From: an uncultured Fusibacter sp.
GTDB taxonomy: Bacteria; Bacillota; Clostridia; Peptostreptococcales; Acidaminobacteraceae
Length of the DNA: 64,000 nt
Assembly (NCBI GenBank): GCA_963676315.1
Contig: OY781056.1
Location: 754,779 to 818,778 of the forward strand
Reading direction: 5' to 3'
Shown piece by piece: positions 19,394 through 28,581 of the stretch; the first letter of the stretch is position 1; the number at the start of each line of letters is the position of its first letter. Made by a program: the position numbers and the translations under genes. The notes under the pieces are model-generated. The model was given only the letters and a program-made list of their open reading frames with translations, had not been told where the DNA came from and did not search any database.

Positions 19394-19424
19394 AGTATGC
19401 TCCCATTTATTAAAGCCAGAATTC

Positions 19425-20327
19425 TTAAGCTTTTTCTATAATAGTGGTTATTCCACCTTCATTGTTTGCAGTATATACTTTGGGTTCATGTAGATCAGAT
19501 GCCACTACAAATGAAAATTCCACATTTGTACCAACGCCCCAGTCCCCTTGGTTATTGACGCATACCAGAGAAATCGCACCAACGACACCATTTTTCCGCT
19601 TTAGCTTTTCAGAAAAATCATTCACTGCTTTGTCAGCAGCGTTTTGTGGCGTATATCCTTCTTCCATCAGTCTAACGACTTCGTAAGACAAGCATCCTTT
19701 CATGATATCTTCACCAAGTCCAGTCGCTGTTGCGCCTCCAATTTCGCTATCGACAAAATAGCCGGAACCTGGAAGCGCCGAATCACCTATTCTACCAGGT
19801 TTCTTCATAAATAATCCACTTGTAGAAGTAGCTGCAACCATAGACTTATTATGATCTATAATAACCATACCCACCGTATCATGTCCATCGTAAGGACTTA
19901 AGTTTTTCTCATGAATCTCTTTAATTCTTTCTTCCCATGTCTTTTTTGAAGACTCAGTTAACATATTTTTGCGCTCAAAACCATGACTGTGGGCATATGC
20001 CTCAGCTCCTGAACCGACTAAGAATATATTAAATCGATCTTCACTTAATTTTTTAGCTATAGAAACTGGGTTTGCATAGTCTTTTATACTTGCTACGGCG
20101 CCTATTCCCATGGTATCGCCATTCATATACGCTGCATCAAGCTCTACAGTTCCTATGAAGTTAGGTAAACCGCCATACCCCACGGATCCATACATCGGAT
20201 TATCCTCAACGCATTTAATTGCAGTTTCAATTGCCTCTGATGCACTGCCTTTTTCTTTTAATATTTTAGTAGCTTCACTGACACCATCAAATGCCATCTG
20301 CCAAGTTGCTATGATTGTAAAGCTCAT
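19425..20327 (-). CDS. Ntn-hydrolase asparaginase 2 family (N4-(beta-N-acetylglucosaminyl)-L-asparaginase / isoaspartyl peptidase)
   Basis: HDTVG autocleavage site, TSTSG...KPGRIGDS, ATGLGEDIM. Confidence 0.9.
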   Translation of the reverse strand: MSFTIIATWQMAFDGVSEATKILKEKGSASEAIETAIKCVEDNPMYGSVGYGGLPNFIGTVELDAAYMNGDTMGIGAVASIKDYANPVSIAKKLSEDRFNIFLVGSGAEAYAHSHGFERKNMLTESSKKTWEERIKEIHEKNLSPYDGHDTVGMVIIDHNKSMVAATSTSGLFMKKPGRIGDSALPGSGYFVDSEIGGATATGLGEDIMKGCLSYEVVRLMEEGYTPQNAADKAVNDFSEKLKRKNGVVGAISLVCVNNQGDWGVGTNVEFSFVVASDLHEPKVYTANNEGGITTIIEKA

Positions 20328-20379
20328 TCGTTGATCCTCCTTTATTATATAAGGTAAAGATTAATAATTATTTATTCAT

Positions 20380-21672
20380 CTAAACAACTATTTTTTTCAT
20401 TTCGTTTTCTATTATATTTATAGTATTTTCTTTGATATTAATTGACCTCGCAATTGCTCGCCACTTTTTAACAGCACTGTCTACTTCGTCTAAGATTTTC
20501 TTGCATTTATACTTCGTGAGGTCCATATTTTGACCACATGCCATCATATCATCCACCAATATGTTCGACTTTTTACCATTAATCGTCATTTGATGTGCCT
20601 GAAGCCATTTATTACCTGAATCACTTGCAAATGTTATATCATAAGCTGGAGACAAAGACCAGACCCCATTTCTATCCATTAAAAATGAAATGTTCTTTAC
20701 ATGGTCATCCTGATTGACTGCTAAAACATTAAATACCATTCTTTTGAAAAACTGTTCTATATCACTACTTGGCAAACCCAATCTTCTTGCAGTTAAAGCC
20801 GCTAATTCATAGCTACATAATCCAGGTTCATTATAGTCAATATGCAAGAGTGCCCCTAACGACTGCATATGCAACTTCTTACCATCCGTTCTATCGAATC
20901 TCTTTGTCATAAAATGTTTGCGACTGCCTTCTTCAAGTAGCTTACACTCGCTCATCACAATTCCTGCCTCAAGTGCCATTTTATAATACGCATATTCAAT
21001 CAAAGTATATTCTACAACATCTTGAAGATTATGATCTCCATTTTTTGTGACGCCATCAAACTTAATTAACCAATAATCGTACCCATCATCAAGGTCAACT
21101 TGCCCAGAACGGATATCTCCTGTTGTATTATTGAAGGCAATGACAGCTTTTGCTCTCGCACCACCAGCTGATGTTCCAAGTTTTAAAAGTTGTTTAAACT
21201 CAACTTCATTCTGTGATGATAACAATATATTTTCTTTCTCAGCTAATACTGCTGAAGCAAAATCCACTAATCTTGCAATGCTTATTTTATCATCCTGGTT
21301 TCCTAGTACATTAAATGCTGGGGCATATTCCAGTGCACCCATTCCACGTTTTCCTGTATAACATAAGCGCTCTATGACATTAAAAGATTCTGGTGTTCTG
21401 CCTTCTGCCGCAAGCCACTGATCGATCACTGCATTGCCAAACTTATCTGGCAATGAATCTGCTATTAAGCCTGGAACACCTTTAAAAGCTGGTGATACCA
21501 GTTCAGGAAACTCATATACTCTATTTGATAATGGCATCTTGAGGGGGGATACCTCGATTCCCATGCTCAGAAAGTTCTTGTCGTATTCAAACGATACATA
21601 CCTTTTGCCTTCTTCTAAATGAAAGTAGCCCACTGTTGTTCCCCAAAGCGATACAGTCGCAGTATTGTTCAT
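20380..21672 (-). CDS. hipA: HipA-family toxin kinase
   Basis: GTSAGGARAK, WLIKF, NQDDHVKNISF and LSPAYD. Confidence 0.92.
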   Translation of the reverse strand: MNNTATVSLWGTTVGYFHLEEGKRYVSFEYDKNFLSMGIEVSPLKMPLSNRVYEFPELVSPAFKGVPGLIADSLPDKFGNAVIDQWLAAEGRTPESFNVIERLCYTGKRGMGALEYAPAFNVLGNQDDKISIARLVDFASAVLAEKENILLSSQNEVEFKQLLKLGTSAGGARAKAVIAFNNTTGDIRSGQVDLDDGYDYWLIKFDGVTKNGDHNLQDVVEYTLIEYAYYKMALEAGIVMSECKLLEEGSRKHFMTKRFDRTDGKKLHMQSLGALLHIDYNEPGLCSYELAALTARRLGLPSSDIEQFFKRMVFNVLAVNQDDHVKNISFLMDRNGVWSLSPAYDITFASDSGNKWLQAHQMTINGKKSNILVDDMMACGQNMDLTKYKCKKILDEVDSAVKKWRAIARSINIKENTINIIENEMKKIVV

Positions 21673-22019
21673 AGGTTTTCATCTCCCCATCTAATATCGG
21701 TCTTTGGTTTTTTAGATACTTTAACGCTTACGCGTTTTCTTTGTGGTGGAATCGATTTATCTTTTAAGTAATTCGAGGGTCTCTTTTGAGGGTCTGGAAC
21801 AAGCATATCAAGATTGGCATCTAAATCAAGTGCTATGAGTACCTTTATAAGGTTTCCAAACTGTATATCTTCACCATTTTCCATGCGTGAAATACTTCGT
21901 TTAGCGATGCCAGATTTAAGTGCTAATTCATCTTGCGACAATGGAAAATCTATTCTATAAGCTTTAAGTCTAGCACCAATTTCAGTTAATGCGCTATGAG
22001 AAGTTAAATATTTACCCAT
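21669..22019 (-). CDS. HipB-like XRE HTH antitoxin
   Basis: LSQDELALKSGIAKRSISRMENG HTH; 4-nt overlap with hipA. Confidence 0.82.
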   Translation of the reverse strand: MGKYLTSHSALTEIGARLKAYRIDFPLSQDELALKSGIAKRSISRMENGEDIQFGNLIKVLIALDLDANLDMLVPDPQKRPSNYLKDKSIPPQRKRVSVKVSKKPKTDIRWGDENL

Positions 22020-22257
22020 AATCTCACTCCCTTCTTATACATCTATTGATGTGTAATATTAAATCATTTAAGCTATCATGATTTTAATCAAACAAATTTT
22101 ACCTGCTATGTCTACATTATAATACCACTAATTTTAAATAGCAATATTTTGCATTATAAATAGCAATAATCGTATTTAAGTGCCATATATGGCTTTTTTA
22201 TTTTATTAATACTTATTCTTATAAAAGGCAAGTTACAAATAATATTGCGTCTGAACT

Positions 22258-22297
22258 AAAAAAAGTCCTAACATCAAAATGTCAGAACTTGATTTAA
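22258..22297 (-). terminator. Probable terminator, degenerate member of the AATCAAG family
   Basis: Shares the TGTCAGAACTTGATTTAAA arm and flanking A-run with 2928, 4312 and 7206. Confidence 0.5.
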
Positions 22298-22571
22298 ATT
22301 TATTGTCAATTCCAGATTAAAGCTTAGAATTTTAGTTTTAACCCACTGATGATCGATAAAGTGTTTATACATTGCCATGCATGCCATTCCAAGTTGATTT
22401 TCCTTCTTCACCCAGTCATTAAATGTAGTGGCTTATATGTCCTCGGTAATAATCCCTTGACTTATTGCATCATCTCTCATCTAACCGGGTATTTTCCAAT
22501 ATTTTATTGGTTTACCTGAGATATGTGTTTTAATCAAATAAATGGTCGCGCATGAGATATCTTCTTATTGT

Positions 22572-23414
22572 TTAGTCTTTTTTAGGCACCCAAGAAATAA
22601 TGTATTGTGTATTCGAAGGAATCTCAATAGTTTCTTGTGAGGATTGTTCAAATGTGCCAGATAAACTTTGTTCCAATGCTGTCTGATGAAAATGACTTAT
22701 GCCAATTCCAAGATCAACACGCTTAATAAAAAGTTCATCTTCCTTTGTATTGGCATTATGCGTTTCATAAAAATGAAAGACTTCATCCTTTAGGAGAACC
22801 CTCCACGGTTGAGCATTGGTAGCTGAAGGTGCTATACGTAACATTTGTAAGGGTAATGCGTATTTCTCAGCTTCCATTTCAGTCAGAGGCGTTAAAAAAT
22901 CATTCTTGAAAAATAAAGTCTCCCACGGCTTGCGTTGATCAGACTTCATCAGCTTTCGCATAAGAGATTCCTTAAGTCTTTTCTTCACAGGATAGCCAAC
23001 TGGTGAAATGGCTGGAAAATGGTCATCCGCTTTGATTCCCATTGCAGCGGAAAATTGGTCGCGGCTAAAAGTTGCAGCCAACCAAACAGTTCCAAGCCCT
23101 AAATGAGTCGCATATAGAATCAAATTTTCAAATTCGTATCCAACTGCTTCCAATCCTAATTTGGTATTGGCAACTGATGCGCCAATAAAAAAATTGGCTC
23201 CTTTAATAACGCCATATGTTCCGAGTTTTTCTCCATTTGTTTCTGTGTTCTTTTCAATAAAATGAAAATTTACCTTTTCACCGAAGGGATTCGATAAGTT
23301 ATTTGCAAATTCCTTCAGCCTTTCTTTATCACTATCTGTCAGTTTTCTTTCTTCAAAAGTTCTAACGCTATTTCGTTTCTTAATTGTTTGTTCTACAGGA
23401 ATGTTAATTTTCAT
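22572..23414 (-). CDS. Nitroreductase family protein
   Basis: KRNSVRTF, LGLGTVWL, APSATNAQPW and VDLGIGISHF. Confidence 0.9.
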   Translation of the reverse strand: MKINIPVEQTIKKRNSVRTFEERKLTDSDKERLKEFANNLSNPFGEKVNFHFIEKNTETNGEKLGTYGVIKGANFFIGASVANTKLGLEAVGYEFENLILYATHLGLGTVWLAATFSRDQFSAAMGIKADDHFPAISPVGYPVKKRLKESLMRKLMKSDQRKPWETLFFKNDFLTPLTEMEAEKYALPLQMLRIAPSATNAQPWRVLLKDEVFHFYETHNANTKEDELFIKRVDLGIGISHFHQTALEQSLSGTFEQSSQETIEIPSNTQYIISWVPKKD

Positions 23415-23437
23415 TTTGGGTCTCCATTATATATTTT

Positions 23438-24442
23438 TTATGATTCAAAAGTTACGATCACTTTTCCTTGAGCATGACCTTTGGCAACATGATCCAAAGC
23501 TTCATTAATTTGTGTAAAAGGATATACCTTGTCAATTGTAGGCTTGATGCTGTTTAATTCTAAGATTTCAGCTACCTTTTTAAGTTGCTCACCATTTGAC
23601 TGCACAAAAAAGAAATGATATTCCTTTCCTTGTTTCTCTGCCATTCGATCATACTTACTGCCCACAAACCCAAATAACAATGTTTTCAATAATGAAAAAT
23701 CATTATCTTTGGCAAACCGACGGTTAGGAACACCTTTTAATGACACCAGTTTCCCATGGGGCTTCAAGATCTTTAACTCATTTCTAAGTTCACTTGGACC
23801 TAAAGTATCTATCACATAGTCGATATTTGATAGTAAATCGATATAGTTTTGCTGTTTATAGTTAATAAACTGCTCTACTCCCATTGCTAACATACGTTCC
23901 TGTCCACTCTCGCTACCACTTGTAATAACGCGTAAACCCATGTATTTTGCTATAGGGATAACCATCGCTCCTAATCCTCCAGTACCACCTGGTAAAAAAA
24001 CACTTTGCCCCTTTTTAGCTTTCATCACGTCATTTAATACTTGCTAGCCTGTTAATCCTGTTAACGGAACTGCAGTTGCTTCAACATAATTCAAATGAGC
24101 TGGCATCAAAGCAATCGCTTTTGCATCAACGGCTACATATTCAGAAAAAGCACCAATTTGATCTACTGGTAATCGTGTCATTATTTTATCGCCTACCTTG
24201 AAATGACTAACTTTCTCTCCTGTTTTTTCAATAACACCTACGAGCTCGTTGCCAAGTGTTAATGGAAACTGATAACGCTGTACTAATCGAATACTACCAC
24301 TTGCAATAAGTAGATCAACAGGGTTAACACCCGCAGCTTTAACTTTGACCAAAACTTCATTATCTTTGATCTTAGGTATCTCAATTTCATTCATCGCTAA
24401 TTTTACTTGTTTTGAATACTTTGTAATTTGTGCTACTTTCAT
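23438..24442 (-). pseudogene. NADP-dependent (MDR/quinone) oxidoreductase split by an in-frame TAG
   Basis: Two in-frame ORFs read PLTGLTG*QVLNDVMKAKKGQSVFLPGGTGGLG; TAG at 24044-24046 sits where the family has an aromatic residue (TAW/TAY-QAL). Confidence 0.85.
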
Positions 24443-24464
24443 AATTTTCTCCTTATTTAAGATG

Positions 24465-25043
24465 TCATTTCTGTAAAACCCTTAATGTCATCTCAACAAC
24501 TTGTTTTAATTTTTCAAAATCCCCTGCAGTTTTTAATTGAACTCGAATCCCAATTAATGCGTTATGAATAAACTTAGTAGTAATGTCTAGATCCAATTGA
24601 GTTGAAAACTCTCCTATTGTTTGACCAAATTGTAACAATTGATAAATGACATTCTCAGTCTCATCAAAATTAGTGCGAACAATCTGAGCGATCGCTTCAT
24701 CATGTAGCGCTAATTCTACTGCTGTATTTACAACCAAACACCCTTTTCCTTGTTTTTCATTACTCTGCATTGAATAGTCAAATAAAGCACTTATTTTATC
24801 AAATGCTGACTCTTTATGCTCAAGTTGTGTAAGTATTTCTTCACTAACACTTTGCTTATAATATGCTAAAACCTTTAGAAATAATGCGTGCTTATTTCCA
24901 AAAGTATCATAAATGCTTTTACGGTGTACCCCCATGTGATTCACCAAATCATCCATAGATGTTTTTTCATAACCTTGAATCCAAAACAATTGCATTGCTT
25001 TCATTAATGCTTCGTTTTCATCAAATTCCCTTTTTCTAGCCAT
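24465..25043 (-). CDS. TetR family regulator (NemR/ComR-like)
   Basis: MARKREFD...TSMDDLVNHMGVHRKSIYDTFGNK and GCLVVNT. Confidence 0.92.
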   Translation of the reverse strand: MARKREFDENEALMKAMQLFWIQGYEKTSMDDLVNHMGVHRKSIYDTFGNKHALFLKVLAYYKQSVSEEILTQLEHKESAFDKISALFDYSMQSNEKQGKGCLVVNTAVELALHDEAIAQIVRTNFDETENVIYQLLQFGQTIGEFSTQLDLDITTKFIHNALIGIRVQLKTAGDFEKLKQVVEMTLRVLQK

Positions 25044-25080
25044 TTCGCTCTCCTCATAAGCATCTAATAAAGAACATTTT

Positions 25081-25143
25081 TAAAGAACGTTCATTCTTTA
25101 ATCAAGATAAAATTATTATAGGTATTAAAGAACGATCAGTCAA
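25081..25143 (-). promoter_or_regulatory. Sigma-70 promoter with two TetR operator-like sites
   Basis: TTGACT (25138-25143), 17-nt spacer, TATAAT (25115-25120). TAAAGAA-N6-TTCTTTA at 25081-25100 and a second TAAAGAACG at 25126. Confidence 0.72.
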
Positions 25144-25191
25144 GTATAATTTTAATACATTTCTAAAAGATTTATGAGTAGTCAAATTAAG

Positions 25192-25231
25192 AAAAAGCGA
25201 GAAAGATATCAATTTATCTTTCTCGCTTTTT
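25192..25231 (-). terminator. Intrinsic terminator downstream of galE
   Basis: Perfect 17-bp arms AAAAAGCGAGAAAGATA/TATCTTTCTCGCTTTTT with a 6-nt loop. Confidence 0.8.
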
Positions 25232-25413
25232 TAATTTAGATAGTGCTTTTACATATATTCTTTTAGATTGCTGAGATCCACACTTCTTGTAGGTTATCTT
25301 GTAAACAATGTTCAATCACTTGCAGATTTGCCAGTACATAACCTATACAATGAAGCCATACCTAATAAATCTTAATTGAAACTCGAATAGAGCGTCTTGG
25401 ACAGACCTCGTGA

Positions 25414-26430
25414 TTATTCAGAGTATCCCGATGGATTCTGCAACTGCCATCTCCAAGAATCACGCACCATATCTTCCAAATTATACATTGCTTTCCATGA
25501 TAACTTTTTAATGCTCTTTTCTGGGTTTGAAAAACAAACGCCAATATCGCCATCTCTTCTCTCGATTATTTTATAGCAAATATCCATATTATTAACTTTA
25601 TTAAAGGTATGGACCATCTCTAAAACTGAGTAGCCAGTACCCGTTCCTAAATTAAACGCTTCGCACCCTTTGTTATACTCTAAGTACTCAACTGCTGCCA
25701 CATGACCTTTAGCCAGGTCAACCACATGAATATAGTCCCTTACGCCAGTGCCGTCTTCTGTATCATAGTCATCACCATAGATGCTGAGAAATTCTCGACG
25801 ACCAATTGCCACTTGTGTTATAAAAGGCATAAGATTCGTTGGAGTACCTCGCGGGTCTTCGCCAATTTGTCCAGAACGATGTGCGCCTATAGGATTAAAA
25901 TACCTTAGTAAAACTACACCTAACTCTGAGTCTACATTGGACATATCTTTTAATATTTGCTCTGTCATATATTTAGTCCAACCATATGGATTTGTACAAT
26001 TTCCAGTTTTGCTCACTTCACTAAGTGGCATCGTATTATTAGCATCATAGACTGTTGCTGAAGATGAAAAAATGATATTTTTCACACAATATTTCGCCAT
26101 TACTTTTGTCAATACCAATGTAACATTTAAATTGTTGTCATAGTAATACCAAGGTTGACTAACAGAGTCACCTACAGCTTTCAGTCCTGCAAAATGTATG
26201 ACACAATCAATCTTATGCGTAGTGAAAATTTCTTCAAGTAAAGCTTGATCTCTTACATCACCTTCGTAAAACTTTACTTTTTTGTGTGTCAAAGCGCATA
26301 CTCTTTCTAAACTTTTAGCGTTAGAATTACACAAATTGTCTATCACAATGACATCATATCCGCTATTCAACAACTCTAAACATGTATGTGAACCAATATA
26401 ACCAGCACCGCCTGTTACTAATATTGTCAT
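25414..26430 (-). CDS. galE: UDP-glucose 4-epimerase
   Basis: VTGGAGYIGSHT, FSSSATVY, YGWTK, LRYFNPIGAH and GVRDYIHV. Confidence 0.96.
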   Translation of the reverse strand: MTILVTGGAGYIGSHTCLELLNSGYDVIVIDNLCNSNAKSLERVCALTHKKVKFYEGDVRDQALLEEIFTTHKIDCVIHFAGLKAVGDSVSQPWYYYDNNLNVTLVLTKVMAKYCVKNIIFSSSATVYDANNTMPLSEVSKTGNCTNPYGWTKYMTEQILKDMSNVDSELGVVLLRYFNPIGAHRSGQIGEDPRGTPTNLMPFITQVAIGRREFLSIYGDDYDTEDGTGVRDYIHVVDLAKGHVAAVEYLEYNKGCEAFNLGTGTGYSVLEMVHTFNKVNNMDICYKIIERRDGDIGVCFSNPEKSIKKLSWKAMYNLEDMVRDSWRWQLQNPSGYSE

Positions 26431-26468
26431 AATATACTCCTTGTTATAATCGTCAAGTTAAAGAAGTT

Positions 26469-27404
26469 CTATTGATCTTTTTCCCAAAGTGAATTCGGAT
26501 ATTGTCCTTCTTTTATCATCTTTGCAATAAAAGCTTTCACAATATGCTTATCTTCAGCATAAGTCACACCATACCATCTATCAGAAGTAGAAAGAACTTT
26601 TACAGTTGCCTTCTTTTCTTCAAGTAAATGCGACACAGTTGTCGGTAAAAAAAACTCTGCCTTTATTGGATTATTTAAAAGTGCTTGTTCTAAAAATGAA
26701 GAAAATAGAGAATCTGCCTCACTAAGTAAACTTGGAGTAAATCCCCACAAATTCATCGAAACAATGGTGTTATCAGGTAGTCCAATCCAAGAAATTCCCT
26801 CATCAAGTGTAAATTTAATCTCATCGTTAAACTTCTCAATTCGCGTGCGTTCAATAATAGACTCTAAATAGTACTCTTTGTTAGTACTGCATATTCCTCT
26901 AGAGACATAACCATTTTCAGTTACGGTTTTACTTAGTGCATAACCAACCATGCAGTAAGCATATTTCCGAGAATCTACTTGTTCAGCAAGATAACTATAA
27001 ATCATCTTATATGCTAATTTACCATAATAATCATCTGCATTAATCACTGCAAATGGTGAATTTCCAATAGCTTGTTTGGCACATAAAATCGCATGACCCG
27101 TTCCCCAAGGTTTAGTACGCTCTTCAGGCTGTTTATATATTTCTGGAATCATATTTACTTCTTGAAATGCAATGCGAATTTCTATAGGTGCACGGCTTAA
27201 TCTCTTTATGACGGTGTCCATAAAAATATCCTTGATGGACTCTTTAATCACAAATACTACTGTTTCAAATCCAGCTTCAATCGCATCATAAATTGAATAA
27301 TCTAATATCGCTTCACCACATGGCCCTATTGGATCAATTTGCTTTAATCCTCCATAACGACTGCCCATACCTGCTGCCATAACAACTAGAACTGGTTTAT
27401 TCAT
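26469..27404 (-). CDS. Sugar-1-phosphate nucleotidyltransferase (NTP_transferase family)
   Basis: VVMAAGMGSRYGGLKQ, KPWGTGHA and VINADDYYG. Confidence 0.88.
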   Translation of the reverse strand: MNKPVLVVMAAGMGSRYGGLKQIDPIGPCGEAILDYSIYDAIEAGFETVVFVIKESIKDIFMDTVIKRLSRAPIEIRIAFQEVNMIPEIYKQPEERTKPWGTGHAILCAKQAIGNSPFAVINADDYYGKLAYKMIYSYLAEQVDSRKYAYCMVGYALSKTVTENGYVSRGICSTNKEYYLESIIERTRIEKFNDEIKFTLDEGISWIGLPDNTIVSMNLWGFTPSLLSEADSLFSSFLEQALLNNPIKAEFFLPTTVSHLLEEKKATVKVLSTSDRWYGVTYAEDKHIVKAFIAKMIKEGQYPNSLWEKDQ

Positions 27405-27423
27405 CTTAAATTACTCCTTTTAT

Positions 27424-28509
27424 TTATTTGCCCTCTTCTTTGACTATTGATGACATCTCATCAAATTTTTTAATCATTTCTGTGGCTAACTTTAACTGTG
27501 TTCTACATCTATCTAAGTTATGATTTGTGTACTTAATACCAAAGTAGTGATCACCTTCCAAATAATCTGTTAGGAAACGAATTCCACATTCAAGTGTCAT
27601 GGTGAGCGCTCCAAGTGGTAGCACTTCTCGTTCAGTAGCAGTTAAACCAGGACAAGCGCTTAAGAACCCCCTTGTAAAAATACGATATAACTCCAGATCA
27701 ATGGTCATTTTGGTTAAATTCTTTTCGTCTTCTGCAGCAGTTGCTGCACCAAAACGAATAGAATCGCCAAAATCGTAAGCAGTAAGACCAGGCATTGTTG
27801 TATCTAGATCAATAACACATAGTGCCTTTCTGGTTTTTGCATCCAACATAACATTGTTTAGTTTTGTATCATTGTGTGTGACCTTTAATGGCAAATCACC
27901 TGATTTAAGTAAGCTAACCAAACGACTTGCAATTTCCTCCTGTTTAAAAATAAAGTCAATTTCTGGCTGTACCCATTTTGCTCGGTCTAATGGGTTATTT
28001 GCAATTGCTTTGCGCAATAATTTATATCGATTAGGCGTGTTATGAAAGTTTTCAATAGTTTCAAATAGTGTTTCTGCGGGAAAATCTTTTAATTGTTGCT
28101 GAAACGTTCCAAATCCAATAGCAGATTGGTAAAAATCTTCTGGAGATTCTGGGGTTTGAAGACAAATCGACGATTCAATAAAGTCATAGATTCGCCAATC
28201 ACTGGCGTCTTCAAGATGTAACCAAGCTTGACCTTCCACTGTCTTTATCACCTTTAATGCGCTATAAGGTGTGACGTTCTTCTCTTGTAAGTATTCGGTA
28301 ATTGCTAAGATATTTTGCTGAAGTTGAGATACATTTGGAAATGCTTTGTTGCTGATTTTTTGTAAAATATATCTTCGTCCAGTTCTAGTTACAACTAGAT
28401 AAGTTACATTGATGTGTCCATGGCCATATCGCTCACAAGAGATTGGTTCATCATCAATTCTAAATTGATTCAAAATATGCTCAAAAAATTTATCCATTAT
28501 TTTCTCCAA
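27424..28509 (-). CDS. nahK: N-acetylhexosamine 1-kinase-like phosphotransferase
   Basis: GHINVTY, THNDTKLNN, IDLDT and RFLTDYLEGDHYF; located next to the GH112 gene. Confidence 0.82.
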   Translation of the reverse strand: MEKIMDKFFEHILNQFRIDDEPISCERYGHGHINVTYLVVTRTGRRYILQKISNKAFPNVSQLQQNILAITEYLQEKNVTPYSALKVIKTVEGQAWLHLEDASDWRIYDFIESSICLQTPESPEDFYQSAIGFGTFQQQLKDFPAETLFETIENFHNTPNRYKLLRKAIANNPLDRAKWVQPEIDFIFKQEEIASRLVSLLKSGDLPLKVTHNDTKLNNVMLDAKTRKALCVIDLDTTMPGLTAYDFGDSIRFGAATAAEDEKNLTKMTIDLELYRIFTRGFLSACPGLTATEREVLPLGALTMTLECGIRFLTDYLEGDHYFGIKYTNHNLDRCRTQLKLATEMIKKFDEMSSIVKEEGK

Positions 28510-28545
28510 AAGGTATTTTAATATTGTCTTAAGCTGAATAAGGCT

Positions 28546-28576
28546 AAAAAAAAACCGCCCTGCTAAGCAGGACGGT
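28546..28576 (-). terminator. Intrinsic terminator between gnpA and nahK
   Basis: Minus strand reads ACCGTCCTGC-TTA-GCAGGGCGGT followed by a long T-run. Confidence 0.8.
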
Positions 28577-28581
28577 ATATG

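Noticed and set aside
2928-22297. Integron-like attC cassette array
   Set aside because: No integrase, no attC R/L box structure, and the hairpins have ordinary terminator T-tails.
24044-24046. Amber read-through / pyrrolysine recoding to explain in-frame TAG codons (also in hsdR)
   Set aside because: Intact genes here end in TAG (FHA gene, 7295 subunit, rlmD), no pyl genes are visible, and single transitions explain the stops.
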